Below are positions 23,901 to 38,900 of a stretch of 64,000 bases of DNA, one piece after another (position 1 is the first letter of the stretch; each line of letters begins with the position of its first letter). The translations under genes were made by a program, and so were the position numbers. Source of the DNA: Eledone cirrhosa (lineage: Eukaryota); the NCBI GenBank assembly GCA_964016885.1, contig OZ024752.1, positions 16,244,001-16,308,000 on the forward strand. Direction: 5' to 3'. The notes beneath the pieces were generated by a model, which saw nothing but the letters and a program-made list of their open reading frames with translations, did no database searches and was not told the DNA's origin.

Positions 23901-26900
23901 ACACAATTAACAGGTACAGTCCACCCGACACAATTTACAGGTACAGTCCGTCCGACACAATTTACAGGTACAGTCCACCCGACACAATTAACAGGTACAG
24001 TCCGTCCGACACAATTAACAGGTACAGTCCGTCCGACACAATTAACAGGTACAGTCCACCCGACACAATTAACAGCTACAGTCCACCCGACACAATTTAC
24101 AGGTACAGTCCGTCCGACACAATTTACAGGTACAGTCCACCCGACACAATTAACAGGTACAGTCCACCCGACACAATTAACAGGTACAGTCCACCCGACA
24201 CAATTTACAGGTACAGTCCACCCGACACAATTTACAGGTACAGTCCGTCCGACACAATTTACAGGTACAGTCCACCCGACACAATTTACAGGTACAGTCC
24301 ACCCGACACAATTTACAGGTACAGTCCACCCGACACAATTTACAGGTACAGTCCACCCGACACAATTAACAGGTACAGTCCGTCCGACACAATTTACAGG
24401 TACAGTCCACCCGACACAATTTACAGGTACAGTCCGTCCGACACAATTTACAGGTACAGTCCACCCGACACAATTTACAGGTACAGTCCACCCGACACAA
24501 TTTACAGGTACAGTCCACCCGACACAATTAACAGGTACAGTCCGTCCGACACAATTTACAGGTACAGTCCACCCGACACAATTTACAGGTACAGTCCACC
24601 CGACACAATTTACAGGTACAGTCCACCCGACACAATTTACAGGTACAGTCCGTCCGACACAATTTACAGGTACAGTCCACCCGACACAATTTACAGGTAC
24701 AGTCCACCCGACACAATTTACAGGTACAGTCCGTCCGACACAATTTACAGGTACAGTCCACCCGACACAATTTACAGGTACAGTCCGTCCGACACAATTA
24801 ACAGGTACAGTCCACCCGACACAATTAACAGGTACAGTCCGTCCGACACAATTAACAGGTACAGTCCACCCGACACAATTAACAAGGTACAGTCCGTCCG
24901 ACACAATTTACAGGTACAGTCCACCCGACACAATTTACAGGTACAGTCCACCCGACACAATTTACAGGTACAGTCCGTCCGACACAATTAACAGGTACAG
25001 TCCACCCGACACAATTTACAGGTACAGTCCGTCCGACACAATTAACAGGTACAGTCCACCCGACACAATTAACAGGTACAGTCCGTCCGACACAATTAAC
25101 AGGTACAGTCCACCCGACACAATTAACAGGTACAGTCCGTCCGACACAATTTACAGGTACAGTCCACCCGACACAATTTACAGGTACAGTCCGTCCGACA
25201 CAATTTACAGGTACAGTCCACCCGACACAATTTACAGGTACAGTCCACCCGACACAATTAACAGGTACAGTCCGTCCGCCACAATTTACAGGTACAGTCC
25301 ACCCGACACAATTTACAGGTACAGTCCACCCGACACAATTTACAGGTACAGTCCGTCCGCCACAATTTACAGGTACAGTCCACCCGACACAATTAACAGG
25401 TACAGTCCACCCGACACAATTAACAGGTACAGTCCGTCCGACACAATTTACAGGTACAGTCCACCCGACACAATTTACAGGTACAGTCCGTCCGACACAA
25501 TTTACAGGTACAGTCCACCCGACACAATTAACAGGTACAGTCCAACCGACACAATTAACAGGTACAGTCCACCCGACACAATTAACAGGTACAGTCCACC
25601 CGACACAATTAACAGGTACAGTCCACCCGACACAATTAACAGGTACAGTCCGTCCGACACAATTTACAGGTACAGTCCACCCGACACAATTTACAGGTAC
25701 AGTCCACCCGACACAATTAACAGGTACAGTCCGCCCGACACAATTAACAGGTACAGTCCACCCGACACAATTTACAGGTACAGTCCGTCCGACACAATTT
25801 ACAGGTACAGTCCGTCCGACACAATTTACAGGTACAGTCCACCCGACACAATTAACAGGTACAGTCCGTCCGACACAATTAACAGGTACAGTCCGTCCGA
25901 CACAATTAACAGGTACAGTCCACCCGACACAATTTACAGGTACAGTCCACCCGACACAATTTACAGGTACAGTCCGTCCGACACAATTAACAGGTACAGT
26001 CCACCCGACACAATTTACAGGTACAGTCTACCCGACACAATTAACAGGTACAGTCCGTCCGCCACAATTTACAGGTACAGTCCACCCGACACAATTTACA
26101 GGTACAGTCCACCCGACACAGTTTACAGGTACAGTCCGTCCGCCACAATTTACAGGTACAGTCCACCCGACACAATTAACAGGTACAGTCCACCCGACAC
26201 AATTAACAGGTACAGTCCGTCCGACACAATTTACAGGTACAGTCCACCCGACACAATTTATAGGTACAGTCCACCCGACACAATTAACAGGTACAGTCCA
26301 CCCGACACAATTAACAGGTACAGTCCACCCGACACAATTAACAGGTACAGTCCACCCGACACAATTAACAGGTACAGTCCACCCGACACAATTAACAGGT
26401 ACAGTCCACCCGACACAATTAACAGGTACAGTCCGTCCGACACAATTAACAGGTACAGTCCACCCGACACAATTTACAGGTACAGTCCACCCGACACAAT
26501 TAACAGGTACAGTCCACCCGACACAATTAACAGGTACAGTCCACCCGACACAATTTACAGGTACAGTCCGTCCGACACAATTTACAGGTACAGTCCGTCC
26601 GACACAATTTACAGGTACAGTCCACCCGACACAATTAACAGGTACAGTCCGTCCGACACAATTAACAGGTACAGTCCGTCCGACACAATTAACAGGTACA
26701 GTCCACCCGACACAATTTACAGGTACAGTCCACCCGACACAATTTACAGGTACAGTCCGTCTGACACAATTAACAGGTACAGTCCACCCGACACAATTTA
26801 CAGGTACAGTCCACCCGACACAATTAACAGGTACAGTCCGTCCGACACAATTTACAGGTACAGTCCGTCCGACACAATTTACAGGTACAGTCCACCCGAA

Positions 26901-29900
26901 ACAATTTACAGGTACAGTCCACCCGACACAATTTACAGGTACAGTCCGTCCGACACAATTAACAGGTACAGTCCACCCGACACAATTTACAGGTACAGTC
27001 TACCCGACACAATTAACAGGTACAGTCCGTCCGCCACAATTTACAGGTACAGTCCACCCGACACAATTAACAGGTACAGTCCACCCGACACAGTTTACAG
27101 GTACAGTCCGTCCGCCACAATTTACAGGTACAGTCCACCCGACACAATTAACAGGTACAGTCCACCCGACACAATTAACAGGTACAGTCCGTCCGACACA
27201 ATTTACAGGTACAGTCCACCCGACACAATTTATAGGTACAGTCCACCCGACACAATTAACAGGTACAGTCCACCCGACACAATTAACAGGTACAGTCCAC
27301 CCGACACAATTAACAGGTACAGTCCACCCGACACAATTAACAGGTACAGTCCACCCGACACAATTAACAGGTACAGTCCGTCCGACACAATTAACAGGTA
27401 CAGTCCACCCGACACAATTTACAGGTACAGTCCACCCGACACAATTAACAGGTACAGTCCACCCGACACAATTAACAGGTACAGTCCACCCGACACAATT
27501 TACAGGTACAGTCCGTCCGACACAATTTACAGGTACAGTCCGTCCGACACAATTTACAGGTACAGTCCACCCGACACAATTAACAGGTACAGTCCGTCCG
27601 ACACAATTAACAGGTACAGTCCGTCCGACACAATTAACAGGTACAGTCCACCCGACACAATTTACAGGTACAGTCCACCCGACACAATTTACAGGTACAG
27701 TCCGTCCGACACAATTAACAGGTACAGTCCACCCGACACAATTTACAGGTACAGTCCACCCGACACAATTAACAGGTACAGTCCGTCCGACACAATTTAC
27801 AGGTACAGTCCGTCCGACACAATTTACAGGTACAGTCCACCCGACACAATTTACAGGTACAGTCCACCCGACACAATTTACAGGTACAGTCCGTCCGACA
27901 CAATTTACAGGTACAGTCCACCCGACACAATTAATAGGTACAGTCCACCCGACACAATTAACAGGTACAGTCCACCCGACACAATTAACAGGTACAGTCC
28001 ACCCGACACAATTAACAGGTACAGTCCGTCCGACACAATTTACAGGTACAGTCCACCCGACACAATTTACAGGTACAGTCCACCCGACACAATTAACAGG
28101 TACAGTCCACCCGACACAATTAACAGGTACAGTCCACCCGACACAATTTACAGGTACAGTCCGTCCGACACAATTTACAGGTACAGTCCGTCCGACACAA
28201 TTTACAGGTACATTCCACCCGACACAATTTACAGGTACAGTCCACCCGACACAATTTACAGGTACAGTCCGTCCGACACAATTTACAGGTACAGTCCACC
28301 CGACACAATTTACAGGTACAGTCCACCCGACACAATTAACAGGTACAGTCCGTCCGACACAATTTACAGGTACAGTCCGTCCGACACAATTTACAGGTAC
28401 AGTCCACCCGACACAATTTACAGGTACAGTCCACCCGCCACAATTTACAGGTACAGTCCGTCCGCCACAATTTACAGGTACAGTCCACCCGACACAATTT
28501 ACAGGTACAGTCCGTCCGACACAATTTACAGGTACAGTCCACCCGACACAATTAACAGGTACAGTCCACCCGACACAATTAACAGGTACAGTCCACCCGA
28601 CACAATTTACAGGTACAGTCCGTCCGACACAATTTACAGGTACAGTCCACCCGACACAATTAACAGGTACAGTCCACCCGACACAATTAACAGGTACAGT
28701 CCGTCCGACACAATTAACAGGTACAGTCCACCCGACACAATTTACAGGTACAGTCCACCCGACACAATTAACAGGTACAGTCCGTCCGACACAATTTACA
28801 GGTACAGTCCGTCCGACACAATTTACAGGTACAGTCCACCCGACACAATTTACAGGTACAGTCCACCCGACACAATTTACAGGTACAGTCCGTCCGACAC
28901 AATTTACAGGTACAGTCCACCCGACACAATTAATAGGTACAGTCCACCCGACACAATTAACAGGTACAGTCCACCCGACACAATTAACAGGTACAGTCCA
29001 CCCGACACAATTAACAGGTACAGTCCGTCCGACACAATTTACAGGTACAGTCCACCCGACACAATTTACAGGTACAGTCCACCCGACACAATTAACAGGT
29101 ACAGTCCACCCGACACAATTAACAGGTACAGTCCACCCGACACAATTTACAGGTACAGTCCGTCCGACACAATTTACAGGTACAGTCCGTCCGACACAAT
29201 TTACAGGTACATTCCACCCGACACAATTTACAGGTACAGTCCACCCGACACAATTTACAGGTACAGTCCGTCCGACACAATTTACAGGTACAGTCCACCC
29301 GACACAATTTACAGGTACAGTCCACCCGACACAATTAACAGGTACAGTCCGTCCGACACAATTTACAGGTACAGTCCGTCCGACACAATTTACAGGTACA
29401 GTCCACCCGACACAATTTACAGGTACAGTCCACCCGCCACAATTTACAGGTACAGTCCGTCCGCCACAATTTACAGGTACAGTCCACCCGACACAATTTA
29501 CAGGTACAGTCCGTCCGACACAATTTACAGGTACAGTCCACCCGACACAATTAACAGGTACAGTCCACCCGACACAATTAACAGGTACAGTCCACCCGAC
29601 ACAATTTACAGGTACAGTCCGTCCGACACAATTTACAGGTACAGTCCACCCGACACAATTAACAGGTACAGTCCACCCGACACAATTAACAGGTACAGTC
29701 CACCCGACACAATTAACAGGTACAGTCCGTCCGCCACAATTTACAGGTACAGTCCGTCCGCCACAATTTACAGGTACAGTCCACCCGACACAATTAACAG
29801 GTACAGTCCACCCGACACAATTAACAGGTACAGTCCGTCCGCCACAATTTACAGGTACAGTCCACCCGACACAATTTACAGGTACAGTCCGTCCGCCACA

Positions 29901-32900
29901 ATTTACAGGTACAGTCCACCCGACACAATTATCAGGTACAGTCCACACGACACAATTAACAGGTACAGTCCGTCCGCCACAATTTACAGGTACAGTCCAC
30001 CCGACACAATTTACAGGTACAGTCCGTCCGACACAATTTACAGGTACAGTCCACCCGACACAATTAACAGGTACAGTCCACCCGACACAATTAACAGGTA
30101 CAGTCCGTCCGACACAATTTACAGGTACAGTCCACCCGACACAATTTACAGGTACAGTCCGTCCGCCACAATTTACAGGTACAGTCCGTCCGACACAATT
30201 TACAGGTACATTCCACCCGACACAATTTACAGGTACAGTCCACCCGACACAATTTACAGGTACAGTCCGTCCGACACAATTTACAGGTACAGTCCACCCG
30301 ACACAATTTACAGGTACAGTCCACCCGACACAATTAACAGGTACAGTCCGTCCGACACAATTTACAGGTACAGTCCGTCCGACACAATTTACAGGTACAG
30401 TCCACCCGACACAATTTACAGGTACAGTCCACCCGCCACAATTTACAGGTACAGTCCGTCCGCCACAATTTACAGGTACAGTCCACCCGACACAATTTAC
30501 AGGTACAGTCCGTCCGACACAATTTACAGGTACAGTCCACCCGACACAATTAACAGGTACAGTCCACCCGACACAATTAACAGGTACAGTCCACCCGACA
30601 CAATTTACAGGTACAGTCCGTCCGACACAATTTACAGGTACAGTCCACCCGACACAATTAACAGGTACAGTCCACCCGACACAATTAACAGGTACAGTCC
30701 ACCCGACACAATTAACAGGTACAGTCCGTCCGCCACAATTTACAGGTACAGTCCGTCCGCCACAATTTACAGGTACAGTCCACCCGACACAATTAACAGG
30801 TACAGTCCACCCGACACAATTAACAGGTACAGTCCGTCCGCCACAATTTACAGGTACAGTCCACCCGACACAATTTACAGGTACAGTCCGTCCGCCACAA
30901 TTTACAGGTACAGTCCACCCGACACAATTATCAGGTACAGTCCACACGACACAATTAACAGGTACAGTCCGTCCGCCACAATTTACAGGTACAGTCCACC
31001 CGACACAATTTACAGGTACAGTCCGTCCGACACAATTTACAGGTACAGTCCACCCGACACAATTAACAGGTACAGTCCACCCGACACAATTAACAGGTAC
31101 AGTCCGTCCGACACAATTTACAGGTACAGTCCACCCGACACAATTTACAGGTACAGTCCGTCCGCCACAATTTACAGGTACAGTCCACCCGACACAATTA
31201 ACAGGTACAGTCCACCCGACACAATTAACAGGTACAGTCCGTCCGCCACAATTTACAGGTACAGTCCACCCGACACAATTTACAGGTACAGTCCGTCCGA
31301 CACAATTTACAGGTACAGTCCACCCGACACAATTAACAGGTACAGTCCACCCGACACAATTAACAGGTACAGTCCGTCCGCCACAATTTACAGGTACAGT
31401 CCACCCGACACAATTAACAGGTACAGTCCACCCGACACAATTAACAGGTACAGTCCGTCCGACACAATTTACAGGTACAGTCCACCCGACACAATTAACA
31501 GGTACAGTCCACCCGACACAATTAACAGGTACAGTCCACCCGACACAATTTACAGGTACAGTCCGTCCGACACAATTTACAGGTACAGTCCACCCGACAC
31601 AATTAACAGGTACAGTCCAACCGACACAATTAACAGGTACAGTCCGTCCGACACAATTTACAGGTACAGTCCACCCGACACAATTTACAGGTACAGTCCA
31701 CCCGACACAATTAACAGGTACAGTCCGTCCGCCACAATTTACAGGTACAGTCCACCCGACACAATTTACAGGTACAGTCCACCCGACACAATTTACAGGT
31801 ACAGTCCGTCCGCCACAATTTACAGGTACAGTCCACCCGACACAATTTACAGGTACAGTCCACCCGACACAATTAACAGGTACAGTCCACCCGACACAAT
31901 TAACAGGTACAGTCCACCCGACACAATTTACAGGTACAGTCCGTCCGACACAATTAACAGGTACAGTCCACCCGACACAATTAACAGGTACAGTCCACCC
32001 GACACAATTAACAGGTACAGTCCACCCGACACAATTAACAGGTACAGTCCACCCGACACAATTAACAGGTACAGTCCACCCGACACAATTAACAGGTACA
32101 GTCCACCCGACACAATTAACAGGTACAGTCCGTCCGACACAATTTACAGGTACAGTCCACCCGACACAATTTACAGGTACAGTCCGTCCGACACAATTTA
32201 CAGGTACAGTCCACCCGACACAATTAACAGGTACAGTCCACCCGACACAATTAACAGGTACAGTCCACCCGACACAATTAACAGGTACAGTCCACCCGAC
32301 ACAATTAACAGGTACAGTCCGTCCGACACAATTTACAGGTACAGTCCACCCGACACAATTTACAGGTACAGTCCGTCCGACACAATTTACAGGTACAGTC
32401 CACCCGACACAATTTACAGGTACAGTCCACCCGACACAATTTACAGGTACAGTCCGTCCGCCACAATTTACAGGTACAGTCCACCCGACACAATTAACAG
32501 GTACAGTCCACCCGACACAATTTACAGGTACAGTCCACCCGACACAATTAACAGGTACAGTCCACCCGACACAATTAACAGTTACAGTCCACCCGACACA
32601 ATTAACAGGTACAGTCCACCCGACACAATTAACAGGTACAGTCCACCCGACACAATTAACAGGTACAGTCCACCCGACACAATTAACAGGTACAGTCCGT
32701 CCGACACAATTTACAGGTACAGTCCACCCGACACAATTAACAGGTACAGTCCGTCCGACACAATTTACAGGTACAGTCCACCCGACACAATTTACAGGTA
32801 CAGTCCGTCCGACACAATTTACAGGTACAGTCCACCCGACACAATTAACAGGTACAGTCCACCCGACACAATTAACAGGTACAGTCCACCCGACACAATT

Positions 32901-35900
32901 AACAGGTACAGTCCACCCGACACAATTAACAGGTACAGTCCACCCGACACAATTAACAGGTACAGTCCACCCGACACAATTTACAGGTACAGTCCGTCCG
33001 ACACAATTTACAGGTACAGTCCACCCGACACAATTAACAGGTACAGTCCAACCGACACAATTAACAGGTACAGTCCACCCGACACAATTAACAGGTACAG
33101 TCCACCCGACACAATTAACAGGTACAGTCCACCCGACACAATTAACAGGTACAGTCCGTCCGACACAATTAACAGGTACAGTCCACCCGACACAATTTAC
33201 AGGTACAGTCCACCCGACACAATTAACAGGTACAGTCCACCCGACACAATTAACAGGTACAGTCCACCCGACACAATTTACAGGTACAGTCCGTCCGACA
33301 CAATTTACAGGTACAGTCCGTCCGACACAATTTACAGGTACAGTCCACCCGACACAATTAACAGGTACAGTCCGTCCGACACAATTAACAGGTACAGTCC
33401 GTCCGACACAATTAACAGGTACAGTCCACCCGACACAATTTACAGGTACAGTCCACCCGACACAATTTACAGGTACAGTCCGTCCGACACAATTAACAGG
33501 TACAGTCCACCCGACACAATTTACAGGTACAGTCCACCCGACACAATTAACAGGTACAGTCCGTCCGCCACAATTTACAGGAACAGTCCACCCGACACAA
33601 TTTACAGGTACAGTCCACCCGACACAATTTACAGGTACAGTCCGTCCGCCACAATTTACGGGTACAGTCCACCCGACACAATTAACAGGTACAGTCCACC
33701 CGACACAATTAACAGGTACAGTCCGTCCGACACAATTTACAGGTACAGTCCACCCGACACAATTTATAGGTACAGTCCACCCAACACAATTAACAGGTAC
33801 AGTCCGTCCGACACAATTTACAGGTACAGTCCGTCCGACACAATTAACAGGTACAGTCCACCCGACACAATTAACAGGTACAGTCCGTCCGACACAATTT
33901 ACAGGTACAGTCCACCCGACACAATTTACAGGTACAGTCCGTCCGACACAATTAACAGGTACAGTCCACCCGACACAATTAACAGGTACAGTCCGTCCGA
34001 CACAATTAACAGGTACAGTCCACCCGACACAATTAACAAGGTACAGTCCGTCCGACACAATTTACAGGTACAGTCCACTCGACACAATTTACAGGTACAG
34101 TCCACCCGACACAATTTACAGGTACAGTCCGTCCGCCACAATTTACGGGTACAGTCCACCCGACACAATTAACAGGTACAGTCCACCCGACACAATTAAC
34201 AGGTACAGTCCGTCCGACACAATTTACAGGTACAGTCCACCCGACACAATTTATAGGTACAGTCCACCCAACACAATTAACAGGTACAGTCCGTCCGACA
34301 CAATTTACAGGTACAGTCCGTCCGACACAATTAACAGGTACAGTCCACCCGACACAATTAACAGGTACAGTCCGTCCGACACAATTTACAGGTACAGTCC
34401 ACCCGACACAATTTACAGGTACAGTCCGTCCGACACAATTAACAGGTACAGTCCACCCGACACAATTAACAGGTACAGTCCGTCCGACACAATTAACAGG
34501 TACAGTCCACCCGACACAATTAACAAGGTACAGTCCGTCCGACACAATTTAAAGGTACAGTCCACCCGACACAATTTACAGGTACAGTCCACCCGACACA
34601 ATTTACAGGTACAGTCCGTCCGACACAATTAACAGGTACAGTCCACCCGACACAATTTACAGGTACAGTCCGTCCGACACAATTAACAGGTACAGTCCAC
34701 CCGACACAATTAACAGGTACAGTCCGTCCGACACAATTAACAGGTACAGTCCACCCGACACAATTAACAGGTACAGTCCGTCCGACACAATTTACAGGTA
34801 CAGTCCACCCGACACAATTTACAGGTACAGTCCGTCCGACACAATTTACAGGTACAGTCCACCCGACACAATTTACAGGTACAGTCCACCCGACACAATT
34901 AACAGGTACAGTCCGTCCGCCACAATTTACAGGTACAGTCCACCCGACACAATTTACAGGTACAGTCCACCCGACACAATTTACAGGTACAGTCCGTCCG
35001 CCACAATTTACAGGTACAGTCCACCCGACACAATTAACAGGTACAGTCCACCCGACACAATTAACAGGTACAGTCCGTCCGACACAATTTACAGGTACAG
35101 TCCACCCGACACAATTTACAGGTACAGTCCGTCCGACACAATTTACAGGTACAGTCCACCCGACACAATTAACAGGTACAGTCCAACCGACACAATTAAC
35201 AGGTACAGTCCACCCGACACAATTAACAGATACAGTCCACCCGACACAATTAACAGGTACAGTCCACCCGACACAATTAACAGGTACAGTCCGTCCGACA
35301 CAATTTACAGGTACAGTCCACCCGACACAATTTACAGGTACAGTCCACCCGACACAATTAACAGGTACAGTCCACCCGACACAATTAACAGGTACAGTCC
35401 ACCCGACACAATTTACAGGTACAGTCCGTCCGACACAATTTACAGGTACAGTCCGTCCGACACAATTTACAGGTACAGTCCACCCGACACAATTAACAGG
35501 TACAGTCCGTCCGACACAATTAACAGGTACAGTCCGTCCGACACAATTAACAGGTACAGTCCACCCGACACAATTTACAGGTACAGTCCACCCGACACAA
35601 TTTACAGGTACAGTCCGTCCGACACAATTAACAGGTACAGTCCACCCGACACAATTTACAGGTACAGTCTACCCGACACAATTAACAGGTACAGTCCGTC
35701 CGCCACAATTTACAGGTACAGTCCACCCGACACAATTTACAGGTACAGTCCACCCGACACAGTTTACAGGTACAGTCCGTCCGCCACAATTTACAGGTAC
35801 AGTCCACCCGACACAATTAACAGGTACAGTCCACCCGACACAATTAACAGGTACAGTCCGTCCGACACAATTTACAGGTACAGTCCACCCGACACAATTT

Positions 35901-38900
35901 ATAGGTACAGTCCACCCGACACAATTAACAGGTACAGTCCACCCGACACAATTAACAGGTACAGTCCACCCGACACAATTAACAGGTACAGTCCACCCGA
36001 CACAATTAACAGGTACAGTCCACCCGACACAATTAACAGGTACAGTCCACCCGACACAATTAACAGGTACAGTCCGTCCGACACAATTAACAGGTACAGT
36101 CCACCCGACACAATTTACAGGTACAGTCCACCCGACACAATTAACAGGTACAGTCCACCCGACACAATTAACAGGTACAGTCCACCCGACACAATTTACA
36201 GGTACAGTCCGTCCGACACAATTTACAGGTACAGTCCGTCCGACACAATTTACAGGTACAGTCCACCCGACACAATTAACAGGTACAGTCCGTCCGACAC
36301 AATTAACAGGTACAGTCCGTCCGACACAATTAACAGGTACAGTCCACCCGACACAATTTACAGGTACAGTCCACCCGACACAATTTACAGGTACAGTCCG
36401 TCCGACACAATTAACAGGTACAGTCCACCCGACACAATTTACAGGTACAGTCCACCCGACACAATTAACAGGTACAGTCCGTCCGACACAATTTACAGAT
36501 ACAGTCCGTCCGACACAATTTACAGGTACAGTCCACCCGACACAATTTACAGGTACAGTCCACCCGACACAATTTACAGGTACAGTCCGTCCGACACAAT
36601 TAACAGGTACAGTCCACCCGACACAATTTACAGGTACAGTCTACCCGACACAATTAACAGGTACAGTCCGTCCGCCACAATTTACAGGTACAGTCCACCC
36701 GACACAATTAACAGGTACAGTCCACCCGACACAGTTTACAGGTACAGTCCGTCCGCCACAATTTACAGGTACAGTCCACCCGACACAATTAACAGGTACA
36801 GTCCACCCGACACAATTAACAGGTACAGTCCGTCCGACACAATTTACAGGTACAGTCCACCCGACACAATTTATAGGTACAGTCCACCCGACACAATTAA
36901 CAGGTACAGTCCACCCGACACAATTAACAGGTACAGTCCACCCGACACAATTAACAGGTACAGTCCACCCGACACAATTAACAGGTACAGTCCACCCGAC
37001 ACAATTAACAGGTACAGTCCACCCGACACAATTAACAGGTACAGTCCGTCCGACACAATTAACAGGTACAGTCCACCCGACACAATTTACAGGTACAGTC
37101 CACCCGACACAATTAACAGGTACAGTCCACCCGACACAATTAACAGGTACAGTCCACCCGACACAATTTACAGGTACAGTCCGTCCGACACAATTTACAG
37201 GTACAGTCCGTCCGACACAATTTACAGGTACAGTCCACCCGACACAATTAACAGGTACAGTCCGTCCGACACAATTAACAGGTACAGTCCGTCCGACACA
37301 ATTAACAGGTACAGTCCACCCGACACAATTTACAGGTACAGTCCACCCGACACAATTTACAGGTACAGTCCGTCCGACACAATTAACAGGTACAGTCCAC
37401 CCGACACAATTTACAGGTACAGTCCACCCGACACAATTAACAGGTACAGTCCGTCCGACACAATTTACAGGTACAGTCCGTCCGACACAATTTACAGGTA
37501 CAGTCCACCCGACACAATTTACAATTACAGTCCATCCGACACAATTTACAGGTACAGTCCGTCCGACACAATTTACAGGTACAGTCCACCCGACACAATT
37601 AATAGGTACAGTCCACCCGACACAATTAACAGGTACAGTCCACCCGACACAATTAACAGGTACAGTCCACCCGACACAATTAACAGGTACAGTCCGTCCG
37701 ACACAATTTACAGGTACAGTCCACCCGACACAATTTACAGGTACAGTCCACCCGACACAATTAACAGGTACAGTCCACCCGACACAATTAACAGGTACAG
37801 TCCACCCGACACAATTTACAGGTACAGTCCGTCCGACACAATTTACAGGTACAGTCCGTCCGACACAATTTACAGGTACATTCCACCCGACACAATTTAC
37901 AGGTACAGTCCACCCGACACAATTTACAGGTACAGTCCGTCCGACACAATTTACAGGTACAGTCCACCCGACACAATTTACAGGTACAGTCCACCCGACA
38001 CAATTAACAGGTACAGTCCGTCCGACACAATTTACAGGTACAGTCCGTCCGACACAATTTACAGGTACAGTCCACCCGACACAATTTACAGGTACAGTCC
38101 ACCCGCCACAATTTACAGGTACAGTCCGTCCGCCACAATTTACAGGTACAGTCCACCCGACACAATTTAAAGGTACAGTCCGTCCGACACAATTTACAGG
38201 TACAGTCCACCCGACACAATTAACAGGTACAGTCCACCCGACACAATTAACAGGTACAGTCCACCCGACACAATTTACAGGTACAGTCCGTCCGACACAA
38301 TTTACAGGTACAGTCCACCCGACACAATTAACAGGTACAGTCCACCCGACACAATTAACAGGTACAGTCCACCCGACACAATTAACAGGTACAGTCCGTC
38401 CGCCACAATTTACAGGTACAGTCCGTCCGCCACAATTTACAGGTACAGTCCACCCGACACAATTAACAGGTACAGTCCACCCGACACAATTAACAGGTAC
38501 AGTCCGTCCGCCACAATTTACAGGTACAGTCCACCCGACACAATTTACAGGTACAGTCCGTCCGCCACAATTTACAGGTACAGTCCACCCGACACAATTA
38601 TCAGGTACAGTCCACCCGACACAATTAACAGGTACAGTCCGTCCGCCACAATTTACAGGTACAGTCCACCCGACACAATTTACAGGTACAGTCCGTCCGA
38701 CACAATTTACAGGTACAGTCCACCCGACACAATTAACAGGTACAGTCCACCCGACACAATTAACAGGTACAGTCTGTCCGACACAATTTACAGGTACAGT
38801 CCACCCGACACAATTTACAGGTACAGTCCGTCCGCCACAATTTACAGGTACAGTCCACCCGACACAATTAACAGGTACAGTCCACCCGACACAATTAACA